NCBI GenBank assembly: GCA_937128475.1
Contig: CAKZML010000245.1
Span: 288 to 64,287 of the forward strand
Length of the DNA: 64,000 bases
Source: an uncultured Chromatiales bacterium
GTDB taxonomy: Bacteria > Pseudomonadota > Gammaproteobacteria > Steroidobacterales > BM003
Direction of reading: 5' to 3'
Position numbers and translations under genes: made by a program. A model generated the notes under the pieces. That model had not been told where the DNA came from, did no database searches, and was given only the letters and a program-made list of their open reading frames with translations. Positions 53,090 through 62,400 of the stretch are shown here, piece after piece (the first letter of the stretch is position 1; the number at the start of each line of letters is the position of its first letter).

Positions 53090-53259
53090 TTAATTCTTAC
53101 ATCAAGGTTGTAATAGTTAACTATTGGAAGAGTCGGGAACCGGCGAACGGCCTCTCGGCGCGTCCACTGAAATAACCGCTAACCCTCCCCTCAAGGCAGG
53201 GGCTGGGCTCAAGCCCGAGTCACGAGCGGGGTACACCGCCTGTTTCCGGGCGGCTTCAT

Positions 53260-53919
53260 TTAGCGGCCGGGCGGCACGACGTATAGCAGGATGGAGAAAA
53301 AGTGCAGCACGCTGCCTGCCAGGACAAACAAGTGCCAAATCGCATGGTGATAGGCCAGTTTCTTCCACACGTAGAAGATCACACCCAGGGTGTAGCACAG
53401 GCCACCCCCCAGCAACAGCAACAGCCCGCCCATTTCCACTGACCTGAGCATGGGCTTGATGGCCAGTACCACGATCCAGCCCAGCCCCAGGTATAGACTC
53501 AGGGACAATCGTTCGTAACGCTTCTCGCAGGCCAGTTCCAAAAACACGCCCGCGATGGCAATTGTCCAGACCGCTCCAAAAAGCACCCAGCCCCAGTCGT
53601 CTCGAAGACTGACCAGGGTGAACGGTGTGTAGGTTCCGGCTATGAGCAAAAAAATCGCGGCATGATCCAAACGCTGCAGCAACTGCTTGGCCCGGGCGTG
53701 GGGAATGCCGTGATAAAGACTGGAAGCGGTGTAGAGCATAATCAGCGTCACACCGTAAATGCTGGTGCTCGTGATATGCCAGGCATCACCATTCAAGGTA
53801 GAAAAAGCCACCAGCACAACCAGCCCACCAATACTGAGCAATGCGCCTATGCCATGGGTTACCGTATGGGCAATCTCTTCCGCGACACTGTATCGACTGG
53901 CTGCTACTTCGGTCTGCAT
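53260..53919 (-). CDS. hemolysin III / PAQR family membrane protein
   Basis: Trimmed to MQTEVAASRYSVAEEIAHTVTHGIGA. Seven TM and a conserved HxxxH-type C-terminal motif (HHAIWHLFV). Confidence 0.85.
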   Translation of the reverse strand: MQTEVAASRYSVAEEIAHTVTHGIGALLSIGGLVVLVAFSTLNGDAWHITSTSIYGVTLIMLYTASSLYHGIPHARAKQLLQRLDHAAIFLLIAGTYTPFTLVSLRDDWGWVLFGAVWTIAIAGVFLELACEKRYERLSLSLYLGLGWIVVLAIKPMLRSVEMGGLLLLLGGGLCYTLGVIFYVWKKLAYHHAIWHLFVLAGSVLHFFSILLYVVPPGR

Positions 53920-54424
53920 GCTCACCTTCCTGTGATAACCGCTAATCCTTTTCTGAACTGGCGATGCCAAACCACAGCATCGGCCACTATCGACTGCTAC
54001 TAACTTAGGTAGAGTTCAGCCGTGAGAGGCAGGAAAGCCTGCCTCTGGAATTCCTCGAGTCTTGGTCTGCTGGCGTCTTTCTTCGCGTCCGATCGAGCCA
54101 CGTCATTTTCCCGGGCGCCGGACTGAGATCATCTTCGCCCCCCTGAACCGAGCCCCGGGGAATCTACCGCCAACTTTATCACAAGCCACGATTTTCACCG
54201 AAAATTCCAGTGTTAAAGCGGCCTGAGCCCTTGATATTCCTGCCTCCTTTCAAATCGTTTATTTACAATTCTGCGGAATGTTTCTGGCGACACAATTATC
54301 CGCTTGCCGGGCAACCCCCCTCCCGACCCCGACCGGCCGAACGCTATGTCTTTTGTGGAAACCCGGGTTTTACTGGAGTACCTTATTCGTAACGACCCTT
54401 CGCGAATAAGAATAATCTCCGGAG

Positions 54425-54919
54425 ATGTCCCCTATGAATCGCCTGCTTAAATTCTCGCTAATCGTATTTGTGTCCCTGTTTTGCCTGATGTACGCGGCTC
54501 AAAACCTGGTCAACCTGGGCCCTGCCTATAGCTTCGTAAACTCCGTCATCAGCATGGCGGATCACACCGCCTACCCCACGTCTTTCGGACCGGCCCTGAG
54601 CGGAAGCTTCCTGACCTGGCTGATACTGGCCATCATCATCGTGCTGGAAATCCTGGCAGGCCTGCTGGCTGGCAAGGGCGCCATGGACATGTGGAATGCA
54701 AGGCATGAGTCCGCAGCGGAATTCAATGCCGCCAAGAAATACGGAGTCATTGGCTGTGGAGTTGCCCTGGTAATCTGGTTCGGCTTGTTCTCTACCATCG
54801 GTGGCGCGTATTTCCAGATGTGGCAGACGCCACTGGGTAACGCTGCCCTGACCGGTGCGTTCCAGTACGCCATGCTTAACGGCCTGGTTCTGCTTGTAGT
54901 CAACCAGGCCGACGAATAG
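54425..54919 (+). CDS. small integral membrane protein (DUF2165-like)
   Basis: Four TM. The alternative start ATG 54434 has better spacing from GGAG. Family assignment is from memory of the sequence pattern (…FQMWQT…). Confidence 0.6.
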   Translation: MSPMNRLLKFSLIVFVSLFCLMYAAQNLVNLGPAYSFVNSVISMADHTAYPTSFGPALSGSFLTWLILAIIIVLEILAGLLAGKGAMDMWNARHESAAEFNAAKKYGVIGCGVALVIWFGLFSTIGGAYFQMWQTPLGNAALTGAFQYAMLNGLVLLVVNQADE

Positions 54920-54957
54920 CCGACACGGCAAGCATCTCCTGCACAGCCGGGAACGAT

Positions 54958-56190
54958 TCAGGTCTTCCTGAGAACCCGTAGCGAGCTCACCCGTCGCCGG
55001 TCTGCTCGAAGCACCTCGATGGTAAAGTCGTTCCAGTCGATGATGTCGCCCACTACCGGTATGCGCTCGAGTTCCTCGATGACCAGTCCACCCACGGTGG
55101 TCGGCTCGATTTCCGGATCCCAGGGCACACCCAGCATAGCCGACAACTTGCGCAGGTCCACTTGGGCATTCACCACCAGGGACCCACCGGGTTCCTGCTG
55201 CACGTCGCTCAGGGGCAGATCACTCTCATCGAGGATGTCGCCAACGATTTCCTCCAGCAAATCTTCCAGGGTGACGATGCCCTCCACGCTGCCGTACTCG
55301 TCCACGACGACAGCCAGATGACGACGCGTGTCCTGGTAGGTGCGCAGCAATTGGATCAGGGGCTGACTGCCGGGAACGATTAGCGCCTCCCGGGTGATCT
55401 CTTCCCAGGCAATCTCCTGGCCCTCGTTCTGCAACAACCAGTACATCAAGTCCTTCACCAGCACCACGCCGGTGACGTTGTCCAGGTCCCCGGTGGGAGA
55501 AAAGGGAAAGCGACTGTGACCGGAGCTTCGCACGTAGTCCATGACCTGCCGCCTGTCCATGTCGGCCGAGAGAAAACGCACGGCTTCCCGGGGCAGGATC
55601 AGGTCGTGGGCGTGCATGTGTCGCAGGTGGGTGGCGCCGACGATGATACCGGCAGTCTTCACGCCCACCACACCTGCACTGCGGCCCAGGGAAGCCAGCA
55701 GGCGGATTTCCTCAGTGGAGGTCACCGGGATATCCGACTTGCTGCGCAGTGACCGGGAGATTCTCTCGCTGACCAGTACCATGGGCTTAAGTACCAGGGT
55801 CAGGAAATTGATGCCGTAGGCCACCGGCGCTGCCAGCACCGACGTGTAGCTGACGCCCAGGGTCTTGGGAATGATTTCCGTGAGCAGCAACACGGCCAGG
55901 GTGAACACGACGGAGAAAACCCACAGCGTGCTGGCGTCGAACACGCTGGTATAGCTAGCGCCCGCCGCGGCGGCGCCGATGGTGTGGGCCGCGGTGTTCA
56001 GAATCAGGATGGCCGCGATGGGCACATCCATATTTTCCTTGTACTTCGCCAGCAGGCGGCCTGCGCGCTTTTTCTGCTGCACCATGAGTTCGATCTGGGG
56101 TCGGGTCAGCGACAACAGCACGGACTCGAAGATGGAGCAGAGGAAGGATACGATCAGTACAACACTGACGGCGATGACCAGGGCAAGCAT
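54958..56190 (-). CDS. CNNM/CorB-type transporter (DUF21 + CBS pair + CorC_HlyC domain)
   Basis: ORF trimmed to ATG 56190 (MLALVIAVSVVLIV), with AGGAG 5 nt upstream. Four N-terminal TM, tandem CBS domains, and a C-terminal CorC domain. Confidence 0.85.
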   Translation of the reverse strand: MLALVIAVSVVLIVSFLCSIFESVLLSLTRPQIELMVQQKKRAGRLLAKYKENMDVPIAAILILNTAAHTIGAAAAGASYTSVFDASTLWVFSVVFTLAVLLLTEIIPKTLGVSYTSVLAAPVAYGINFLTLVLKPMVLVSERISRSLRSKSDIPVTSTEEIRLLASLGRSAGVVGVKTAGIIVGATHLRHMHAHDLILPREAVRFLSADMDRRQVMDYVRSSGHSRFPFSPTGDLDNVTGVVLVKDLMYWLLQNEGQEIAWEEITREALIVPGSQPLIQLLRTYQDTRRHLAVVVDEYGSVEGIVTLEDLLEEIVGDILDESDLPLSDVQQEPGGSLVVNAQVDLRKLSAMLGVPWDPEIEPTTVGGLVIEELERIPVVGDIIDWNDFTIEVLRADRRRVSSLRVLRKT

Positions 56191-56445
56191 GTTATCTCCT
56201 GACATGGAGGATGGGCACAAATTGACCGCTTGCGCGGTCCGAACCGAACGGCGCCCGAACCCGGTTGCAGGGCCCATCCTGGACCGCACCGGGGAGCTAT
56301 CGAATCAAGTCGACATCCGACTGATTACAGTATTGATTTTCTCCGCTTCCCTGGCAACGACCCGCCCGGGCCGGCCGGTCATGGTGCGACCGTGCCGAGC
56401 GAAGCGGAGCCAGCTGAGAAACCAGCCCCGTCGGTCAGGCGCGAA
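56191..56445 (-). other. highly structured 255-nt leader/intergenic RNA candidate upstream of the CNNM gene
   Basis: Two perfect 9-bp long-range inverted repeats are present: CTCCGCTTC 56341-56349 / GAAGCGGAG 56401-56409 and AGGATGGGC 56208-56216 / GCCCATCCT 56272-56280. Each encloses 51-55 nt of GC-rich sequence with internal hairpins. AATCAA/TTGATT is also present in the linker. Confidence 0.3.
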
Positions 56446-57567
56446 TCAGCCCTTCCAGGAATCCACGTAGCCGGCCCACTCCACCGGCTCCAGTTCCTCG
56501 CGCACTTCCAACGCATCCCGGGTGTCGATCATCACCGCCACCTCTTCAGTAGCCTCGGCTGACTGGGTCAACATATTGGCCAGCGCCTTGGGATGGGGTC
56601 CGTGGGTAAAGCCACAAGGATGCAGGGTCATCATTCCAGGATGGATATTGTCCCGGGAGAAGAACTTGCCCTGGTGGTAGAAGATCAGCTCGTCGTAATC
56701 ATCGTTGTTGTGGAAGAACGGTACCTTTAGCGCATCCGGGTCAGTCTCGAAGGGACGCGGCACGAAGGTGCAAATAACAAACCGACCCGCCAGGAAAGTC
56801 GTGTGGGCCGACGGCGGCAGGTGATAGCGGTGACTCATCAACGGCCGAATGTCCCGCCAGTTGATGCGCACCGGGGCCAGGTCACCTTTCCAGCCCACAG
56901 CATCCAGGGGATTGAAGGGGTAACCAATCAGGCTGACCTGCTTGCCACGCTTGACCCTGACCTGCCAGGGCGTGTCTCCCTGCTGGGCCTTGAATGCCTC
57001 ATCAATGTGAGGTGTCTCCAGGGCGGCCGGGTCAAAGATTGCATGAGGACCCAGGAGCCCCTTGTCGGGTAGACGATAGCTGTCGTTGGTTGCCTCCACC
57101 ATCAACAGGCTCATAGGCTGCTCGATCTCCAGGCGCCACATGGTGCCCCGGGGGAGAATGACGTAGTCGCCCTCGCCCACACTCAGGTGCCCGTAATCGC
57201 AGAACAGCTGACCGCAACCGGCGTGTACGAACAGCAGTTCGTCGCCATCGCTGTTGCGAACCAGGTGATCCATATTGGCATCGCAGCGCCAGAATCGAAT
57301 ACTGACCGAAGCGTTGCCCATCAGTTCCCGTGCATCCAACGGACCCGGACCAAAGCCGCTCAGCTTGCCCGCATCAAACGCCCGGGGGCGAATGGGACCC
57401 TCGAAACTCTCCCATCCGGTTGGCGGTCGACGGTGGTACATGTGGGTTGCCGGACCGAAAAAGCCTTCCTTACCCAGTTCCCGTTCGTAGGTGTTCTCCG
57501 GCAGGGCCGCGTGGGCCTGGCGGGAAGACTCGCCCTCACTTCTTGGAAATGCGATCCAGCGTTTCAT
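56446..57567 (-). CDS. homogentisate 1,2-dioxygenase-family cupin protein (short form)
   Basis: 373 aa, lying 10 nt downstream of hppD. Family-like segments are PFFHNNDDYDELIFYHQG and HPCGFTHGPHP. Assignment is by pattern and context only. Confidence 0.6.
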   Translation of the reverse strand: MKRWIAFPRSEGESSRQAHAALPENTYERELGKEGFFGPATHMYHRRPPTGWESFEGPIRPRAFDAGKLSGFGPGPLDARELMGNASVSIRFWRCDANMDHLVRNSDGDELLFVHAGCGQLFCDYGHLSVGEGDYVILPRGTMWRLEIEQPMSLLMVEATNDSYRLPDKGLLGPHAIFDPAALETPHIDEAFKAQQGDTPWQVRVKRGKQVSLIGYPFNPLDAVGWKGDLAPVRINWRDIRPLMSHRYHLPPSAHTTFLAGRFVICTFVPRPFETDPDALKVPFFHNNDDYDELIFYHQGKFFSRDNIHPGMMTLHPCGFTHGPHPKALANMLTQSAEATEEVAVMIDTRDALEVREELEPVEWAGYVDSWKG

Positions 57568-57577
57568 GGCCTACTCC

Positions 57578-58630
57578 TCAGATCACGCCCCGGCGAACCT
57601 GGTCCAGTTCAATCGACTCGAACAGGGCCTGGAAATTGCCCTCGCCAAAGCCCTCGTTGCCCTTGCGCTGGATGATCTCGAAGAAGATCGGTCCAATAAC
57701 GTTCTTGGTGAAGATTTGCAGCAACAGGCCCTGGCCCTCGGTAGGAGCGCCGTCGACCAGGATGCTGCGTTTTTGCAATTCATCCAGGGGCTCACCGTGG
57801 CCTGCCACCCGGGCGTCCACACCCTCGTAGTAGGTTTCGGGCGTGTCCTGGAATTCCACACCGTTGCTGCGCAGACGATCCACTGTCTGGTAGATGTCGT
57901 CGGTACCCAGGGCGATATGCTGGATGCCTTCGCCCTGGTATTCCCGCAGGTATTCCTCAATCTGGCTTTTGTCGTCGCGAGACTCGTTGATCGGGATGCG
58001 GATCTTGCCGCAGGGGCTGGTCATGGCTTTACTGATCAGGCCGGTGAGCTTGCCCTCGATGTCGAAGTAGCGGATTTCGCGGAAGTTGAACAACTTCTCG
58101 TAGAAGCCGGCCCACTTGTCCATGTTGCCGCGAAACACGTTGTGGGTCAGGTGATCCACATAGGTCAGTCCCGCGTCCTGGAATTCCCCGGTAGGCTCCA
58201 CCGGCAGGAAATCCACGTCGTAGATACTCTTGTCGCCGTAGCGGTCCACCAGGTACACCAGGGAGCCGCCGATACCCTCGATAGCAGGGATATTCAACTC
58301 CATCGGACCCACCGGGCTACTCACAGCAGTGGCGCCCAATTCCACGGCCCGCTTCAGGGCCCTGGTGGCGTCTTTCACCCGGAATGCCATGGCGCAGGCG
58401 CAGGGGCCATGCTGCTTGGCAAAGCGCTGGGCGAAGCTGTCCGGCTCGGCATTGATTATAAAATTCACGTCACCCTGGCGGTGCAGCGTGACGTCCTTGC
58501 TGCGATGACGGGCGGTGACTGGAAAGCCAAGACTGGCAAACAGCCGTCGCAACAGTTCCGGATCAGGAGCGGCGTATTCCACAAACTCGAATCCATCCGT
58601 GCCCATGGGGTTGTCAAACAGGTCAGCCAT
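57578..58630 (-). CDS. hppD: 4-hydroxyphenylpyruvate dioxygenase
   Basis: 350 aa. Starts [19 protein letters not shown] and contains GIQHIAL and [24 protein letters not shown]. Confidence 0.93.
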   Translation of the reverse strand: MADLFDNPMGTDGFEFVEYAAPDPELLRRLFASLGFPVTARHRSKDVTLHRQGDVNFIINAEPDSFAQRFAKQHGPCACAMAFRVKDATRALKRAVELGATAVSSPVGPMELNIPAIEGIGGSLVYLVDRYGDKSIYDVDFLPVEPTGEFQDAGLTYVDHLTHNVFRGNMDKWAGFYEKLFNFREIRYFDIEGKLTGLISKAMTSPCGKIRIPINESRDDKSQIEEYLREYQGEGIQHIALGTDDIYQTVDRLRSNGVEFQDTPETYYEGVDARVAGHGEPLDELQKRSILVDGAPTEGQGLLLQIFTKNVIGPIFFEIIQRKGNEGFGEGNFQALFESIELDQVRRGVI

Positions 58631-58703
58631 TACATACTCCTAGGTAGGCCGGTATACAGATCTCGAGATTATCCCGGCTGGTGTTGCGGCGTAGAACAAA
58701 TTA

Positions 58704-58721
58704 TAGTTTCATTTGAAACTA
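58704..58721. promoter_or_regulatory. perfect 18-bp palindrome, candidate MarR operator between hppD and the MarR gene
   Basis: TAGTTTCA-TT-TGAAACTA lies 20 nt upstream of the MarR gene GTG start, within the 110-bp divergent region. Confidence 0.5.
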
Positions 58722-58740
58722 ATTCAAGGGAACCCGAGTC

Positions 58741-59205
58741 GTGGCAAAGCAACCCTTACTGAAACTGGACGGTTTTCTGCCGTATCGAATCAGTGTCCTG
58801 GCCAATACGATCTCCACCACCCTGGCTAGCGCCTACTCCCGGCAGTTTGATCTTCGCATTCCCGAATGGCGGGTACTGGCCACCCTGGGCGGTTATCCCG
58901 ACTCATCCGCCCGGGAAGTCGCCCAACGCACCGCCATGGACAAGGTAGCCGTCAGCCGGGCCGTCTCCAACCTGATGGACCAGGGCCGTGTATCCAGCGC
59001 AATTGACAGCGGCGACCGCCGGCGAACCTTGCTGCGCCTGAGCGCCGATGGAGAAGCGTTGCTGGCACGAATCGTCCCCCTTGCCCACGCCTATGAATCC
59101 AGGCTGCTGGAGACGCTCAGCGTGGAGGAACGAGTGCAATTTGAAAGCCTGCTGCACAAACTGATGCAACAAGCCAGTCTGCTCAGTAACCAAACCGTCG
59201 AATAA
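58741..59205 (+). CDS. MarR-family transcriptional regulator
   Basis: 154 aa with winged HTH SAREVAQRTAMDKVAVSRAVSNLMDQGRV. Divergent from hppD. Confidence 0.85.
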   Translation: MAKQPLLKLDGFLPYRISVLANTISTTLASAYSRQFDLRIPEWRVLATLGGYPDSSAREVAQRTAMDKVAVSRAVSNLMDQGRVSSAIDSGDRRRTLLRLSADGEALLARIVPLAHAYESRLLETLSVEERVQFESLLHKLMQQASLLSNQTVE

Positions 59206-59491
59206 TACCGAAAACGCAGCCAAATAGCGGCTTTCCGAGATATCAGCACCGACATTTAACAGGCAATATTCAGGTCAGAAAACCATTGTTCCCGAACTCC
59301 AAAGTCCGTCTTTGGATAACTCTTGTTTCACCCCCGTTAAAAGCAGGGTTACAATCTACATATAGCTCGATTTCGGCGAGGACTCAGGTGGCGAGACTCA
59401 AACCACAGTAAGCCGAAGTCCAGGCAAGAAATCTCAAGAATTCTTACTTTACTAGCGCCGTAGCAACAAACGGTAGCGGAGCCTATAAGTC

Positions 59492-62400
59492 ATGCAACGC
59501 CGTTCATCTAATGCCCAGATCAAGCTGCTGGAATCCATCGTTTCAAATGCCAATAATCATCCTGCAGCGAAAGAGCACCCTCTGCTGACCGAATTCGTCA
59601 GGCAGGGCTACCGTAATGTTTCGCTTGATGACTTATCCAGTCACGACCAGGACGACCTGGTTACCGCCGCTATCTCGACCCTGAAATTTGCCCAGAAACG
59701 CAAGCCGGGAAAGCCGAAGATTCGTGTTTTTAACCCGACGGTAGATAAACACGGCTGGAGCCATGCTCACACCATCGTGGAGATCGTTAATGACGACATG
59801 CCCTTCCTGGTGGATTCGGTTCGCGCCGCAATTAACGACACCGGCCTGACGGTACAGCTGACCATTCATCCGATCTACACCGTGATGCGTGACAAAGAAA
59901 ACAACCTGCTGGATATCCTGCCGAGAAAGAAAAACCAGACCAAAGGCGCGAAGGAATCCATGATGCGCCTGGAAATTGACCGTGAGTCCGATGAGGATGC
60001 GCTCAAGAAATTGATCGAGCGCCTGAAGGTCGTTCTCGCCGATGTACGCAATGCCGTGGAAGACTGGGACGCAATGCGTAACAAGGCCAGGGAGATTTGC
60101 GAAGGTATCGAGAAAAACCCTCCGCCCATTGATGAAGCGACGGTCGCCGAAAGCGTGGCCCTGATTCGCTGGATGGAAAACAACCACTTCACCTTGCTCG
60201 GATACCGTGAGTACGAACTCGAACGCGGCGAGAACAAAGACATTCTCAACCCCCTGCCAAAAACCGGCCTGGGCATCCTGCGTTCAACCAGCAGCCGCAA
60301 GCCAAAACCCGTGGAAATCACCTCCCGGGACATTCGCTCCCAGGCACGCGCCAGGGAAATGCTGTTCATCACCAAGGCCAATTCCAAATCCACCGTACAC
60401 AGAAGTGCTTACCTGGATTACGTCGGCATCAAAGTTTTCGACCATGCCGGTCGAGTGGTTGGCGAGAAGAGATTCCTTGGACTTTTCACATCAGTGGCCT
60501 ACAGCCGGAATCCCAGTGAAATTCCTTTGCTGAGACACAAGGTAGCCGAGGTCATGGCCGACTCCGGCATTGACCCCCACAGCCACGCGGGCAAGGCCCT
60601 GCAGCATGTGCTGGACACCTACCCCAGGGAAGAGTTGTTCCAGACCAGCGTGGAAGACCTGACCCGCATCACCACCGGGATCATGAGTCTTCAGGAACGC
60701 CAGAGAGTGAAGCTGTTTGTGCGCCGCGATGCGTTTCACCGCTTTGTCTCATGCCTGGTATTCGTCCCCCGGGACAAGTACAACACCGAGGTGCGCCAGC
60801 GCCTCGAGGCAATCCTGATAGATCGATACAAGGGCGTCGGCTCGGAGCACCGGGTGCAGCTATCCGACGCCAGCCTTGCTCGCGTGCAGTTCATTATCCG
60901 CCTGGGCGAAGGCCGCATGCCACGGGTTGATGTCGGCAAGCTGGAAGACGATCTGGCCGAGGGCGTACGCACCTGGACCGACAATCTGAAAGCCGCCCTG
61001 ATCACACGCCTTGGTGAGGAAGCCGGTTCAAAGCTGTTCAAGCGATTCGGCAAGAGCTTCCCTGCCGCTTACATGGAGGACTCATCGCCCTATGAGGGCA
61101 CCTTCGATGTTGAGCGTATGGCTCTGCTGACCGACGAACCGGAAGAGCTGCGAATGAGCGTGTACCGCCCCGAGGCGTTCCGCGACAACAAGCTGCGATT
61201 CAAACTGTGTCGACTGGGCAATCCAATTCCGCTTTCCGACGCGCTCCCCATGCTGGAAAACCTGGGGCTGCGTGTCATCAGCGAACGCCCCTACCGTTGC
61301 GTACCTGAAAACGGCAAGGAAATCTGGATCCAGGACTTCGACATGGTCATGGATGGCGAAGGAACCCTTTACCTGGGTGAGATAAGCGCCAACTTCCAGG
61401 AAACCTTCAGCCGGATGTGGGCCCACGTCACCGACAACGATGGCTTTAACAAGCTGGTGCTTAGCGCCGGCATGAGCTGGCGGCAGGCATACCTGATAAG
61501 AGCCTACTGCCGCTATCTGCTGCAGACAGGTTTGCCTTTTAGTCAGCTGTACATGGAACAGGTAATCGATCGCAACGCGGGTATCGCACGACTGATGGTG
61601 CAGTTGTTCGAGGCACGTTTTGATCCGCACATGAGCTCGCGCAAGCGCAAGACTATTGCCGATCAAAGTCTTGCTGAAATTAATACTGCGCTGGACAAGG
61701 TCGCCAGCCAGGACGAGGACCGCATCCTGCGTGCCTTCCTGACCGTGATCAAGGCAACCCTGCGTACCAACTTCTACCAGCTCACAGACCTGGGCGAATT
61801 CAAGGCCTATGTCTCGTTCAAGCTTGATCCTTCGAAAGTTCCGGACCTGCCCCTTCCACGTCCCAAGTACGAGGTGTTCATTTACTCACCGAGAATGGAA
61901 GGCGTGCACCTGCGTGGCGGCAAGGTCGCCCGGGGTGGTCTGCGCTGGTCGGATCGCATGGAAGACTTCCGCACCGAGGTGCTGGGCCTGATGAAAGCCC
62001 AAAACGTCAAGAACACCCTGATTGTGCCGGTTGGCGCCAAGGGTGGCTTCGTGTGCAAGCATCTGCCCAAGGGCGATCGTGACACCGTGATGGCCGAAGT
62101 GATCGCTTGCTACAAGAGCTTCATCCGGGGCCTGCTGGATATCACCGACAACCTGGTGGAAGGCAAGGTCGTCCCCCCGAAACTGGTGGTGCGCCAGGAT
62201 GAAGATGACTACTACCTGGTGGTGGCAGCCGACAAGGGCACCGCTACATTCTCCGATATCGCTAACTCCGTTTCTGCCGAGTACAACTTCTGGCTGGGGG
62301 ATGCCTTCGCTTCGGGCGGCTCTGCCGGTTACGACCACAAGGGCATGGGCATCACCGCCAAGGGCGGCTGGGAAGCGGTCAAGCGCCACTTCCGCGAACG

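Noticed and set aside
57491-58762. 423-aa ORF on the plus strand covering the whole hppD locus
   Set aside because: It lies exactly antisense to a well-supported hppD gene. It has no SD or recognisable motif, and its composition (Gly/Ala/Val/His/Leu-rich) is typical of antisense frames in GC-rich coding DNA. The same reasoning applies to ORFs 16089-17021(+), 45757-46389(-), 44167-44823(-), 39343-40149(+), 13694-14425(+), 24051-24824(+), 28301-29062(+) and 61082-62416(-).
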